Origin: an uncultured Spirochaetota bacterium
GTDB taxonomy: Bacteria; Spirochaetota; Spirochaetia; SZUA-6; Fen-1364
DNA length: 64,000 nucleotides
Assembly (NCBI GenBank): GCA_963820525.1
Contig: CAWGAA010000003.1
Location: 224,001 to 288,000, forward strand
Direction of reading: 5' to 3'
In this document: positions 11,095 to 22,355 of the stretch, in pieces
How positions within the stretch are numbered: the first letter of the stretch is position 1
How the letters are laid out: the number at the start of each line of letters is the position of its first letter
Notes under the pieces: model-generated
What the model saw: the letters and a program-made list of their open reading frames with translations, nothing else
Told to the model about the DNA's origin: nothing
The model's database searches: none
Program-made: the position numbers and the translations under genes

Positions 11095-11385
11095 TTGCAC
11101 AACGCCGATTTGGGATCGGCCAAAGTCACCCACCCCTTCCATCCGCTCCGTCACCAAAGCTTTAAAATCCTCAAGACACGGAAGGTCGCAGGAATGGATA
11201 CCCTGATCCTTCAAGGAACTGAAAATGGTACATTCGCCGTTCCTCGGGAATGGACCGATCAAGCAGACCCATGCCTATTCGATTCACGCAAACGAGCTGT
11301 CCCTATCTTCTCCTTCTCCTGTCTCCGAGAGTTGCTCGACCTGGTCGATCGAATTGGGAACGGAAAAAATTGCGAAAGGTATTGA
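11095..11385 (+). CDS. DUF5372 (Y4bD-like) small protein; probable true start lies at the other end of the element (14564)
   Basis: VTHPFHPL and VPREWTD motifs. Only a TTG without an evident RBS is available locally. Confidence 0.7.
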   Translation: MHNADLGSAKVTHPFHPLRHQSFKILKTRKVAGMDTLILQGTENGTFAVPREWTDQADPCLFDSRKRAVPIFSFSCLRELLDLVDRIGNGKNCERY

Positions 11386-11436
11386 CAAATGCATAAAGCC
11401 TTAGTAGAATCTGTACAGTTTATTAACTGTACAGAT
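11382..11436 (+). promoter_or_regulatory. Near-consensus sigma70 promoter with overlapping operator-like palindrome
   Basis: TTGACA(11382-11387)-17 nt-TAGAAT(11405-11410). Perfect inverted repeat ATCTGTACAGTT-TATT-AACTGTACAGAT (11409-11436) reaches the ATG at 11435. Confidence 0.8.
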
Positions 11437-11776
11437 GAACCTACAGGAAAAATCGACAACCTTCTTACGAAGAAGGCGAACCTCCCTCCTCACCCAGGTA
11501 GCCGCTATCGACCCCCACATCCTCCGTGGCTCTCTCATCGAACGCTACATCCGTTGTGGAAAACCAGAATGCAAGTGCGCACGGGGCTCTGGTCATGGCC
11601 CCAAGTACTACCTGTCCGTCAGTTATCCCGATCAGAAACCCCAGCAAGACTACGTTCCTCAGCAATTCCAGAAACTCGTTGTACAGTCTCTCGCCAACTA
11701 CCAAAAACTGAAAACCCGCATAGAAACCATTTGCGACATCAATCGGGAACTCCTGCGAAGGAGGGAAGAGTCCTAA
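11435..11776 (+). CDS. DUF6788-like small Cys/His protein
   Basis: RGSLIERYIRCGKPECKCARGSGHGPKYYLS signature; 113 aa. Confidence 0.8.
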   Translation: MNLQEKSTTFLRRRRTSLLTQVAAIDPHILRGSLIERYIRCGKPECKCARGSGHGPKYYLSVSYPDQKPQQDYVPQQFQKLVVQSLANYQKLKTRIETICDINRELLRRREES

Positions 11777-12337
11777 ACCACCCCCGACTTAAGTCGGGGG
11801 GTTTGCGCTTGTCGGCTAAAGCCGACTGGGGCCGACATCACGGTTCTACTTTGAAGTCGGCATCTTGGTCCCGCTCTGTGTCCTGCTGATTCTCGATGTA
11901 GCGGGCGATCATCTCTTCGGTCACGTTCCCTGTGCTCGCCACGAAATACCCGCGGGCCCAAAGATGCCTGCCCCAGAATGTTTTGTTCAACCCTTTGTTT
12001 TCCATGAGCAGCTTCCGTGATGTCAGCCCCTTCATGCGCTGCACGAGCCTGGATACCGATAGAGTCGGCGGCACGCTCAGCAGCAGATGCACGTGATCGC
12101 GGCTGATGTTCCCTTTCACGATCTCTACGTCCAGGCTCGCGCAAATCATTCGTATCAGATCTCTTACGCGGGTTCCTATCTCTTTCCCCAACACTGGCTT
12201 GCGGTACTTGGTGATCCACACTATATGATACTTCAAATCATAGACGCAGTGCGACGCTTTTCGATACTGCTTCATCGTACCGCAAGCCTACTAAAGTCTT
12301 CGTCTAAAGACGAGGGGGTTTCTCCCCGTAGGAGACT
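11773..12337 (-). mobile_element. IS200-type element (tnpA only), 565 bp
   Basis: Subterminal hairpins CCCCCGACTTAAGTCGGGGG (~11781-11800) and CTTCGTCTAAAGACGAGG (~12298-12315). Both junctions carry CTAA (TTAG on the tnpA strand). Confidence 0.85.
11838..12275 (-). CDS. tnpA: IS200/IS605 family Y1 (HUH) transposase
   Basis: YHIVWITKYRK, DHVHLL (HUH), LWARGYF and RYIENQ motifs. Confidence 0.95.
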   Translation of the reverse strand: MKQYRKASHCVYDLKYHIVWITKYRKPVLGKEIGTRVRDLIRMICASLDVEIVKGNISRDHVHLLLSVPPTLSVSRLVQRMKGLTSRKLLMENKGLNKTFWGRHLWARGYFVASTGNVTEEMIARYIENQQDTERDQDADFKVEP

Positions 12338-12471
12338 CTAACAGATGGATGCCTCGCTCTCCAGCCAGATTCCCGTCGATATCGAGGCCGTCGCAACAAT
12401 CCTGGCCAATATGCTCCATGGTCATTTGGCTACGAGCAAAGGTTGCACGATGGATCTTTGGGAGGATATCG

Positions 12472-14541
12472 ATGATGACGAAAATCACTGCGACCCATAC
12501 AGACCGAATGGCGTATGTCTACCTGCGCCAATCGACCATGGGGCAGGTCCTCCACCATCAGGAGAGTACCGAAAGGCAATATGCTCTGAAGAACCGCGCC
12601 TTGCAATGCGGTTGGACGACAGACAAAATCAGAGTCTTGGATGGCGACCTGGGCATCTCGGGCGCCCACATGACCAATCGGGAGGACTTCAAGTCCTTGG
12701 TCGCGGACGTCTCCCTGAACAAGGTGGGGGCGATCTTCGCCCTAGAAGCCTCACGACTGTCCCGTTCCTCCAACGATTGGAATCGCCTCTTCGAGTTGTG
12801 TTCACTCACCGATACTCTGATAATCGACGAGGACGGATGTTACAACCCCACCGATTTCAACGACCAGCTGCTGCTGGGCTTGAAGGGGATGATGTCGCAA
12901 GCCGAATTGCACTTCATCCGCGCCCGCCTCCAAGGGGGAAAACTGAACAAGGCCAAGCGAGGGGCGCTTCATTTCCCCCTACCCGTCGGATACTGCTACG
13001 ATGAGGAAGGCACGATCGTTCTGGACTCCGACGAGGAGGTCCGCAGTGTCGTGAAGCTTATGTTTGATACATTCCAGCAGACCGGTAGCGGCTACGCGGT
13101 TGTCAAAAAGTTCACCCATCTGAACCTGAAGTTTCCCAAACGTGCCTACGGAGGAGTCTGGAAGGGCAAGCTCATCTGGGGACGACTGACATACGAGCGA
13201 GTGCACGGTATCCTGAAGAACCCTTCCTATGCGGGCGTGTACGTGTACGGACGCTACAAATACAGAAAAATCCTATCGACAGACGGCGGCATTTGCTCCA
13301 AAATAGAGTCCGTGCCGATGTCCCGCTGGCAGGTGACCATCAAGGACCATCATGAGGGCTATATCAGTTGGGATCAATTCCTTCACAACAACATGATCCT
13401 GCAGCAGAACCAGACCAACGGGATTGAAACGATGCTCCCTTCTGCTGCCAGAGAGGGAATCGCCCTTCTTCAAGGCATGCTCATTTGCGGAATCTGCGGG
13501 CGACGCCTGACCGTCCGCTACCAAGGCAACGGGGGGCTCTATCCCATCTACGAATGTAACTGGCGCAGACGGGAAGGGCTGGCGGATAAATCCTGCATGA
13601 TGTTCCGCTGCGATATCGCCGATGAGACAATAAGCGTACGCCTCCTCGAAGTATTGAAGCCGGAGCAGTTTGAGCTCGCGCTGAAGGCGATGGAAGAGGT
13701 CGAGAATCGGAACAAGGCGATTGATGCGCAATGGCGTATGAGAGTTCAAAGGGCCGACTACGAAGCGTCCCTGGCCCAAAGGCGATATGAAGAAGTCGAT
13801 CCGTCCAATCGCCTGGTCGCATCCACGTTGGAGAAACGCTGGAATGAGGCTCTCATAAACCTCGAGCAGGTCAAGCAGCAGCATCGGGAGTTCAGCCAAA
13901 AAGAGCAGATGGTAATGACTTCTGAGCAACGGCAGAAGGTATTCGCTCTGGCGCTGGATCTGCCACGTCTTTGGAAGGCGCCAACGACCCAGGCAAAGGA
14001 TCGAAAGCGCATCCTCAGGTTGCTTATCAAGGACATCACTGTTCAAAAGCTTGCCGAACCGAAAAAGCTCATCTTGCACGTGCGCTGGCAGGGGGGTGCC
14101 ACGCAAGACATCTCATGCGATTTGCCTCCAAAGGCGTGTGACAAAATCCGGTATGGGCAGGAGATTGTCCAGAAGGTCAAAGATCTCGCGAAAAATATGC
14201 GAGATGATCAAATAGCCGAGGTATTCAATAAAGAGGGACTGATCAGCTCGAAAGGAGGACAGTTCACGGAATCTAAGATACGTAATATCCGGAGTACCCA
14301 TGCTATTCCCTCGCCCAAACTGAAACATCCGGAAGAACTCACTATCAAAGAAGTCGCCGACAAGTTTAAGGTTAGTACGCAGGTCGTCTATTATTGGATA
14401 GAACGAGGATATGTGACAGCTCGAAAAACGAAGTATGGGTTACCGTTCTGGATCACACTTAAAAACCAAGATGAAGAAATACTCCGAAGACGTGTCGCTG
14501 AGTCATATAAACTCAACGAGGTGAAAACTTCACATTCCTAA
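12472..14541 (+). CDS. Large serine recombinase (resolvase, recombinase, Zn-ribbon/coiled-coil domains) with C-terminal HTH
   Basis: AYVYLRQST catalytic Ser motif, EASRLSR, ILKNPSYAG, LLQGMLICGICG. C-terminal LTIKEVADKFKVSTQVVYYWIERG. GGAGG RBS precedes ATG 12472 (ORF track start 12349). Confidence 0.93.
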   Translation: MMTKITATHTDRMAYVYLRQSTMGQVLHHQESTERQYALKNRALQCGWTTDKIRVLDGDLGISGAHMTNREDFKSLVADVSLNKVGAIFALEASRLSRSSNDWNRLFELCSLTDTLIIDEDGCYNPTDFNDQLLLGLKGMMSQAELHFIRARLQGGKLNKAKRGALHFPLPVGYCYDEEGTIVLDSDEEVRSVVKLMFDTFQQTGSGYAVVKKFTHLNLKFPKRAYGGVWKGKLIWGRLTYERVHGILKNPSYAGVYVYGRYKYRKILSTDGGICSKIESVPMSRWQVTIKDHHEGYISWDQFLHNNMILQQNQTNGIETMLPSAAREGIALLQGMLICGICGRRLTVRYQGNGGLYPIYECNWRRREGLADKSCMMFRCDIADETISVRLLEVLKPEQFELALKAMEEVENRNKAIDAQWRMRVQRADYEASLAQRRYEEVDPSNRLVASTLEKRWNEALINLEQVKQQHREFSQKEQMVMTSEQRQKVFALALDLPRLWKAPTTQAKDRKRILRLLIKDITVQKLAEPKKLILHVRWQGGATQDISCDLPPKACDKIRYGQEIVQKVKDLAKNMRDDQIAEVFNKEGLISSKGGQFTESKIRNIRSTHAIPSPKLKHPEELTIKEVADKFKVSTQVVYYWIERGYVTARKTKYGLPFWITLKNQDEEILRRRVAESYKLNEVKTSHS

Positions 14542-14581
14542 AGGCTGATATAGGAGGTGCAGTATGAATACACCGTCGGGA

Positions 14582-14948
14582 TGCCGAGTTTCCTCGTGCC
14601 TCCTCCCGCCTTGGGTATCTCCACTCGTCTCACGGGCTGGGGCTTGTACGCGCCCGCAATAAGCTGCTCCTTCAGTCGCGGCCAGTTCTCCCGCAGGAAC
14701 TCAGGTAGTTCCTTGACGCTCATGCCGTCAATCCCTGCCGCCCCTGCGTTGGCTTTCACGCGTCTCAGTGCTTCCTTCAGGTTCTCCTTCTCGCATGCCT
14801 CCTCGATCAGCTTGTCCGTGTTCGCTTGGCTTTCCGCGCTGAGTTTCGCCGTCGTGGATTCGATCCCTTTCTTGGGCGTCACAGGGGCTTCACCCCTTGC
14901 CTCGCCCTCGAAGGCCAGTTCATGCTGGATTTTCTGTCGCTTGTCCAC
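14582..14948 (-). pseudogene. ltrA: Group II intron RT/maturase, N-terminal part (interrupted)
   Basis: NLKEALRRVKANAGAAGIDG and YKPQPVRRVEIPKAGGGTRKLGIPTV; similarity stops at the att core. Confidence 0.92.
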
Positions 14949-15358
14949 TCCGAGTCGCTCCCCCTACTCGCCTTCCCGCCGTTCGGGCCTTCGGGTCAAC
15001 AACCCTACTATGCCCTTTGCTGACTTCTGACAGGCGATCAGAGACTCTCGCGAATCCCTCAGTCCCGATTCCAGGACACCTGCCAGATCTCCTGGGGTAA
15101 GCTCACCCGCCTTCGGCGCACAACCGCTGGATTTACAACCCGAGCCCTTGATGGATATGGGCTTGTCGGTCATTTGCCCGCTCGCCCGACTCGGTATGCC
15201 TCCTATCCAGTTTCTGTTCGTCGGCTCGCGCCTTTGCTCTACGCTTCTTTCGGACACGCTCTCGCGAGATAGGTGCCCTTGCGCTTCGCTACGCCTTCAC
15301 CTCCATCAGGTTGGCGAGGGGACTTCCACCCCAAAGCTGGTGAACATGCCCAGCACAC

Positions 15359-15393
15359 AAAAAAGCCGGCGACGCGTGGGCGCCGCCGGCTTT
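15359..15393 (-). terminator. Rho-independent terminator; target site of the class C intron
   Basis: AAAGCCGGCGGCGCCCACGCGTCGCCGGCTTTTTT, just after the stop at 15412 and abutting the intron 5' end. Confidence 0.85.
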
Positions 15394-15411
15394 CGCATCC
15401 ATGCAAATCCG

Positions 15412-16542
15412 TCAGTATGCGATGCCAACGCCAACGGCGATGCCCGTCAACAGGAGATCCTGACCAGCGGGAAAGAAGTCTGAGGTTGTGAAGGTCATCG
15501 ATGTAATAGTAAACTTAGAGCTCAAAGTGAGAAAGTTGAATAGAATGATATCAAGACCGGCTTCAGCACCATAGCAGAAATCTCCTTGAGAACTTCCCGG
15601 AGAAGGGATAATCCAGAATGATCCATAAGTAACCGTTTGATACCCTATAACTACTCCGAGGTATGCCTGGAAACTCCCGCCTATGGGTAAACCGATTCCC
15701 GCGCCTATCAAGCCATCGAAAACATCGTAGAAGCCGTAACTAGTGCCTGACACATCTATCTGCTCGCTTGCTCCATCGATGGCGGCTGAAAGGTAAAATA
15801 TATCGCCAAAGGCTTGCAGCCAATGCACGCTCCAGCCCAAAGCTGAAATCGATTCCGAACTCACTGTGTAGCTGAGGAGATAGGAGTCAACCTGTCCGGA
15901 AGGTATAGGATATGTGAAGGTCAAGATCAGATGCGACTTCAGCCCAGCGCTCGGCTTCCGCGGCGTTGGAGCCGGGGCCTTCGGTGCCGGCGCCGGCTCA
16001 GGCTCAGGAGTCGGCTTGGGTGCCGGTGCCGGAGCTGCAGTCGGCTCTTCGGCCACCTGCACGGACTCCTTGGCGCCGACCGAGAGCTTCTTTCCAACCA
16101 CCTGGGCGATCTGGAGGGTAACGGCGATCCCGCCCTCCGACTCGTAGGAGGCCTGGGCGGTGATCTCCCCGGTCTTGATGTCTATCATTTTGGCGCTGAC
16201 GAAGTACGTTTGCCCCACCTGGGAAACCCGGCCGACGACGACGTAGGTTGCGCCGAGTCGGGAATTGAGCTGCTCTCCCGCCTTCTTGATGTCGGCATCG
16301 CTCACAAGACCCGACATCTGGAACTCGATCTCCTTGAGGCTCTGTCCCACCGTTGTTCTGTCAAGCACGGTGTACTTGCCCGAGTTCACGAGCTCTTCGC
16401 TGATCTTCTCCGTGACGCCGATGGAAACGTTCTTGTCCATGTTCTCGGGCAGAACGGCATCGAGCACGGCCACTTTCGGCAAAGCCGCCAGGGAGGCGGC
16501 GCAGGCCACGAGCAGGAGGAGGACGATTATCCTGGCTTTCAT
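15412..16542 (-). CDS. Secreted protein: CsgG/HfaB-like N-terminal domain, Pro/Ala linker, probable outer-membrane beta-barrel
   Basis: Signal peptide MKARIIVLLLL after an AAGGAG RBS. SGKYTVLDR..LKEIEFQMSGLV motif, PAPAP linker, C-terminal VGVGIAY. Confidence 0.7.
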   Translation of the reverse strand: MKARIIVLLLLVACAASLAALPKVAVLDAVLPENMDKNVSIGVTEKISEELVNSGKYTVLDRTTVGQSLKEIEFQMSGLVSDADIKKAGEQLNSRLGATYVVVGRVSQVGQTYFVSAKMIDIKTGEITAQASYESEGGIAVTLQIAQVVGKKLSVGAKESVQVAEEPTAAPAPAPKPTPEPEPAPAPKAPAPTPRKPSAGLKSHLILTFTYPIPSGQVDSYLLSYTVSSESISALGWSVHWLQAFGDIFYLSAAIDGASEQIDVSGTSYGFYDVFDGLIGAGIGLPIGGSFQAYLGVVIGYQTVTYGSFWIIPSPGSSQGDFCYGAEAGLDIILFNFLTLSSKFTITSMTFTTSDFFPAGQDLLLTGIAVGVGIAY

Positions 16543-16644
16543 TTGCAGCTCCTTTTTCAGGCGTTTCGGCGCTTTCTCATAATGATAGCCCGTTTTTTTC
16601 AATCCCGCAAGGGTGCGCTGTCGGCGGAGCGTTTCCGGGGCCTG

Positions 16645-17595
16645 CTACAACCCCGCCCCTTCGATCACCGAAGAGACGAATCGCGCCGATGCGAGGAGTT
16701 TTTCGTCATCCTCGCGGGAGAGGGCGAAGTCGAGGGCCCTCTCGGCGCCGCCCGCTCCCACGATCGTGGGGAAGCTGAAAGCGGTGAGCTTGATGCCCCG
16801 ATAATCGAGGCGCACCGTTGAAACGGGCAGGATGCGCCGCTCGTTCCTCAATATCGCCTGGATGATCACGGACGCCGCCTGGGCGATGGCATAGAAAGTT
16901 GCCCCCTTTGCCTGGATGATTCGGTAGGCGGCTGCCCGCACGTACTCCTGCGCCTCGATGAACAGGCTCTCCGTTTCGCATCCGTGCCCGCAGACGGGAC
17001 AGAAGTCGGCCAGGCTCACTCCGCCGATCGTGGTGAGCGACCATGCGGGGAAAGAGGTATCTCCATGCTCTCCCAGCACGTAGCCGTGGATATTCATGGG
17101 GTTAATGCCGCAGCGGTGCGCCAAAAACTCGCGAAGCCGGGAAGAATCCAGCACGGTGCCGGAGCCGATAACGCGCGAGGCGGGGAATCCCGCCTCCTGG
17201 GAGGCGATGCGCCAGGCGATATAGGTGAGCACGTCAACGGGGTTCGAGATGATGAGCAGAATCCCGCGAAAGCCCGAGGAGAGCACGGAGCGGACGATGT
17301 CGCGCATGAGACCCGCGTTCCTGCCCAGAAGCTCCACGCGGGTCTCCCCCGGCTTCTGCTTGGCCCCCGCCGTCACCACGGTAATGGCCGCATCCGCGCA
17401 TGCCCCATAGTCCGAAGCGTATACCTTCACAGGCTCGCCCAGCGGCATGCCATGGGTGATGTCCAGGACCTCTGCCTCGGCTTTCTCGCGGTTCACGTCA
17501 ATGAGGGCAAGCTCGTCGACTACGCCCTTGATCGTCAGGTTATAGGCCAGGGTGGCTCCCACCGAACCGGCGCCGATAATGGCGACCTTTCCCAT
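16645..17595 (-). CDS. ldh: L-lactate dehydrogenase
   Basis: GAGSVG, TAGAKQKPGETR, SNPVD, GSGTVLDSSR, GEHGDT. Confidence 0.93.
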   Translation of the reverse strand: MGKVAIIGAGSVGATLAYNLTIKGVVDELALIDVNREKAEAEVLDITHGMPLGEPVKVYASDYGACADAAITVVTAGAKQKPGETRVELLGRNAGLMRDIVRSVLSSGFRGILLIISNPVDVLTYIAWRIASQEAGFPASRVIGSGTVLDSSRLREFLAHRCGINPMNIHGYVLGEHGDTSFPAWSLTTIGGVSLADFCPVCGHGCETESLFIEAQEYVRAAAYRIIQAKGATFYAIAQAASVIIQAILRNERRILPVSTVRLDYRGIKLTAFSFPTIVGAGGAERALDFALSREDDEKLLASARFVSSVIEGAGL

Positions 17596-17628
17596 GCGTA
17601 TCCCTCCGTTTCCCGGGCTCAATAATAC

Positions 17629-18552
17629 CTAGATCCGCGAGGAAAGAAAGCTCTCGATCTCCTGGCGTGACGGCATCGAATCCTGGGCGCCGGGCCGCGT
17701 ACAGGAGATGGCTGCCCCGGCCGATGCCCGGCGCAGAGCGTCCTTCACATGCATGCCCTCGGCAAGCGCGGCGGCAAAGACCCCGCAGAAGCAATCCCCG
17801 GCGCCCACCGTATCCACGGCATCCACGGGAAACGCCGGCTGCCTCTCCACTCCGGCGGCGCTCACCCAGAGCGAGCCATCCTTTCCCAGGGTCACGATCA
17901 TGTTCTCGACGCCCCAGGAAAGGGGCTTGCGGGCAAGCTCCTCCACGGAGCCCGCATCCTCCGTGACGAGCGCGGAAAGCTCGTTCCTGTTGCAGATGAG
18001 ATAAGATACCGCGGCCAGTATTTCCCTCTCCGGCTTCCTGCCGATGGTCGGAGCCAGGTTCCAGATAACCACGTGCCCCGCGGCCCTGGCGCGGGCGATA
18101 AGCTCTTCGGTAGTCTTTCGGGGAATCTCGTTCTGGAACAGCCAGATGCAGCGTTCGCCCGGCGCCGCCGTCGTCGATTCGATGGGGGGAGTATCGAAGA
18201 GGAAGTTGGCGCCGGGGGCTACCGCAATCGTGTTTTCCCCGCGCGCGTCAACGGCGATCTGGGCAACTCCGGAATGCGTCCCGGCGAGAAGCCGGATCCC
18301 CCGAGTGGAAACCCCCGTTTTCTGGAGGCTCTCCAGCCTCTCATGCCCGAAGCGGTCGTTTCCCAGACAGCCGAACAGCTCCACCTTGCCGCCCGCGCGC
18401 GCGGCGGCAACCGCCTGATTGGCGCCCTTGCCGCCGGGAAAAGAAGCGAACCTCCCTCCGGTGACCGTCTCTCCGGGCATGGGCAGCCTCTCCACGTACA
18501 CGACCAGATCCGTATTGATGCTTCCGAAGACGAGTATTCGCGCGCTCATCAA
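17629..18552 (-). CDS. rbsK: Ribokinase (PfkB family)
   Basis: GSINTDLV, PGGKGANQAVAAAR, DTVGAGDCFCG. Confidence 0.9.
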   Translation of the reverse strand: MMSARILVFGSINTDLVVYVERLPMPGETVTGGRFASFPGGKGANQAVAAARAGGKVELFGCLGNDRFGHERLESLQKTGVSTRGIRLLAGTHSGVAQIAVDARGENTIAVAPGANFLFDTPPIESTTAAPGERCIWLFQNEIPRKTTEELIARARAAGHVVIWNLAPTIGRKPEREILAAVSYLICNRNELSALVTEDAGSVEELARKPLSWGVENMIVTLGKDGSLWVSAAGVERQPAFPVDAVDTVGAGDCFCGVFAAALAEGMHVKDALRRASAGAAISCTRPGAQDSMPSRQEIESFLSSRI

Positions 18553-18657
18553 CGCCCCTCCCGTATGGTAGGAATGGCGGCTCTCGATGTCAATTCAATA
18601 ACGCGGCCGCGGCCGTTTGTTGCCACCGTTCACTCCTTTTGCTATTATCCTCCCCAC

Positions 18658-21507
<2,850 letters not shown>

Positions 21508-21508
21508 A

Positions 21509-22355
21509 GTGGAGCCCCTTCGGGAGTCCCTCGACTCCCTCTATTCGAAGCTCAACCGCAGGCGCTTCGTTCATCCCGATCCGCTCGAGTTCCTCTATCG
21601 ATACGACAGCGCTCAGGACCAGGAGATCGCGGGCCTGGTATCGGCCTGTCTCGCCTACGGAAGGGTGGCACAGATCCTGTCGAGCGTGGGACGCGTTCTG
21701 GACCCCATGGGGGAAAGCCCCAGAGGATTCCTCGATCGGTACGCCCGAGGCCGATATCTCCTCCATCTTTGCCGGCTTCGTCCATCGCTTCACGTCGGGG
21801 CGGGAGCTTGCTGCGCTCCTCATCGGGGTGAAAAGGGCCCTCTCGCGGTACGGGAGCCTGGAGGAGCTTTTCAGGAGGGGACAAGGGGCGGGCGACGAGA
21901 CGATCCTTCCGGCTCTGTCCGCCTTCGTGGCCGGGCTCCGCGTCCTGTCGGAGAGCGGCTGCCCCAGCCTCATGCCATCCCCCCAGGACGGCAGCGCCTG
22001 CAAGAGGCTGAACCTCTACCTCAGATGGATGGCGCGAGCTGATGCGGTGGATCCCGGCCCGTGGAAAAAGGTTTCGGCCGCCAGGCTCGTCGTTCCCCTG
22101 GACACCCACATGCACAGGATCTCGCGCGCCCTCGGTCTCACAAAACGGAAGCAGGCAGACTTGAAGACCGCCCTCGAGGTGACCCGCGCCTTCCGGGAGC
22201 TTCGCCCCCGCGACCCCGTCCGATACGACTTCGCCCTCACCCGCCTGGGGATACGCAAGGACTGCGCGGAGAATCCGTTTTCCCGCGCGATGGAAGGGAA
22301 CATCAGCCGATATCGAGGACCTCGCGAACCGTGCGGGCAAGAGACTCCCTCGTGA
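21509..22355 (+). CDS. TIGR02757/DUF2400 family protein, frameshifted near 21740
   Basis: HPDPLEF..DQEIAGLVSACLAYGRV in one frame; SACKRLNLYLRWM, PLDTHM, DPVRYDFAL in another. Confidence 0.8.

Larger units (their letters stand above)
11074..14581 (+). mobile_element. 3508-bp integrative element encoding a large serine recombinase, inserted in the intron RT gene
   Basis: Identical 11-bp core CACCGTCGGGA at 11063-11073 and 14571-14581. Removing the insert restores LGIPTVGDRF in frame. Confidence 0.92.
9982..15358 (-). mobile_element. Class C (IIC) group II intron, 1869 nt without the inserted element
   Basis: 5' end GTGTGCTGGGCATG directly after a terminator hairpin and T-tract. Domain V GAACCGCCGTATGCGAGACCCGCATGTACGGTGGTG (~10054-10019). 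Domain VI ends CCTATGTCGAT. Encodes an RT/maturase without an endonuclease domain. Confidence 0.92.

Noticed and set aside
12345..13004. 219-aa ORF overlapping the recombinase
   Set aside because: Mostly an out-of-frame overlap. The first ~45 codons may be a real small gene following DUF6788 in the IS-free element, but I cannot support this.
14557..15030. 157-aa plus-strand ORF crossing the right att site
   Set aside because: It is the antisense shadow of the RT. Its GTG overlaps the RBS, whereas ATG 14564 is properly spaced.
17749..18657. 300-aa N-terminal extension of ValS
   Set aside because: It overlaps rbsK on the opposite strand; an artefact of GC-rich open frames.
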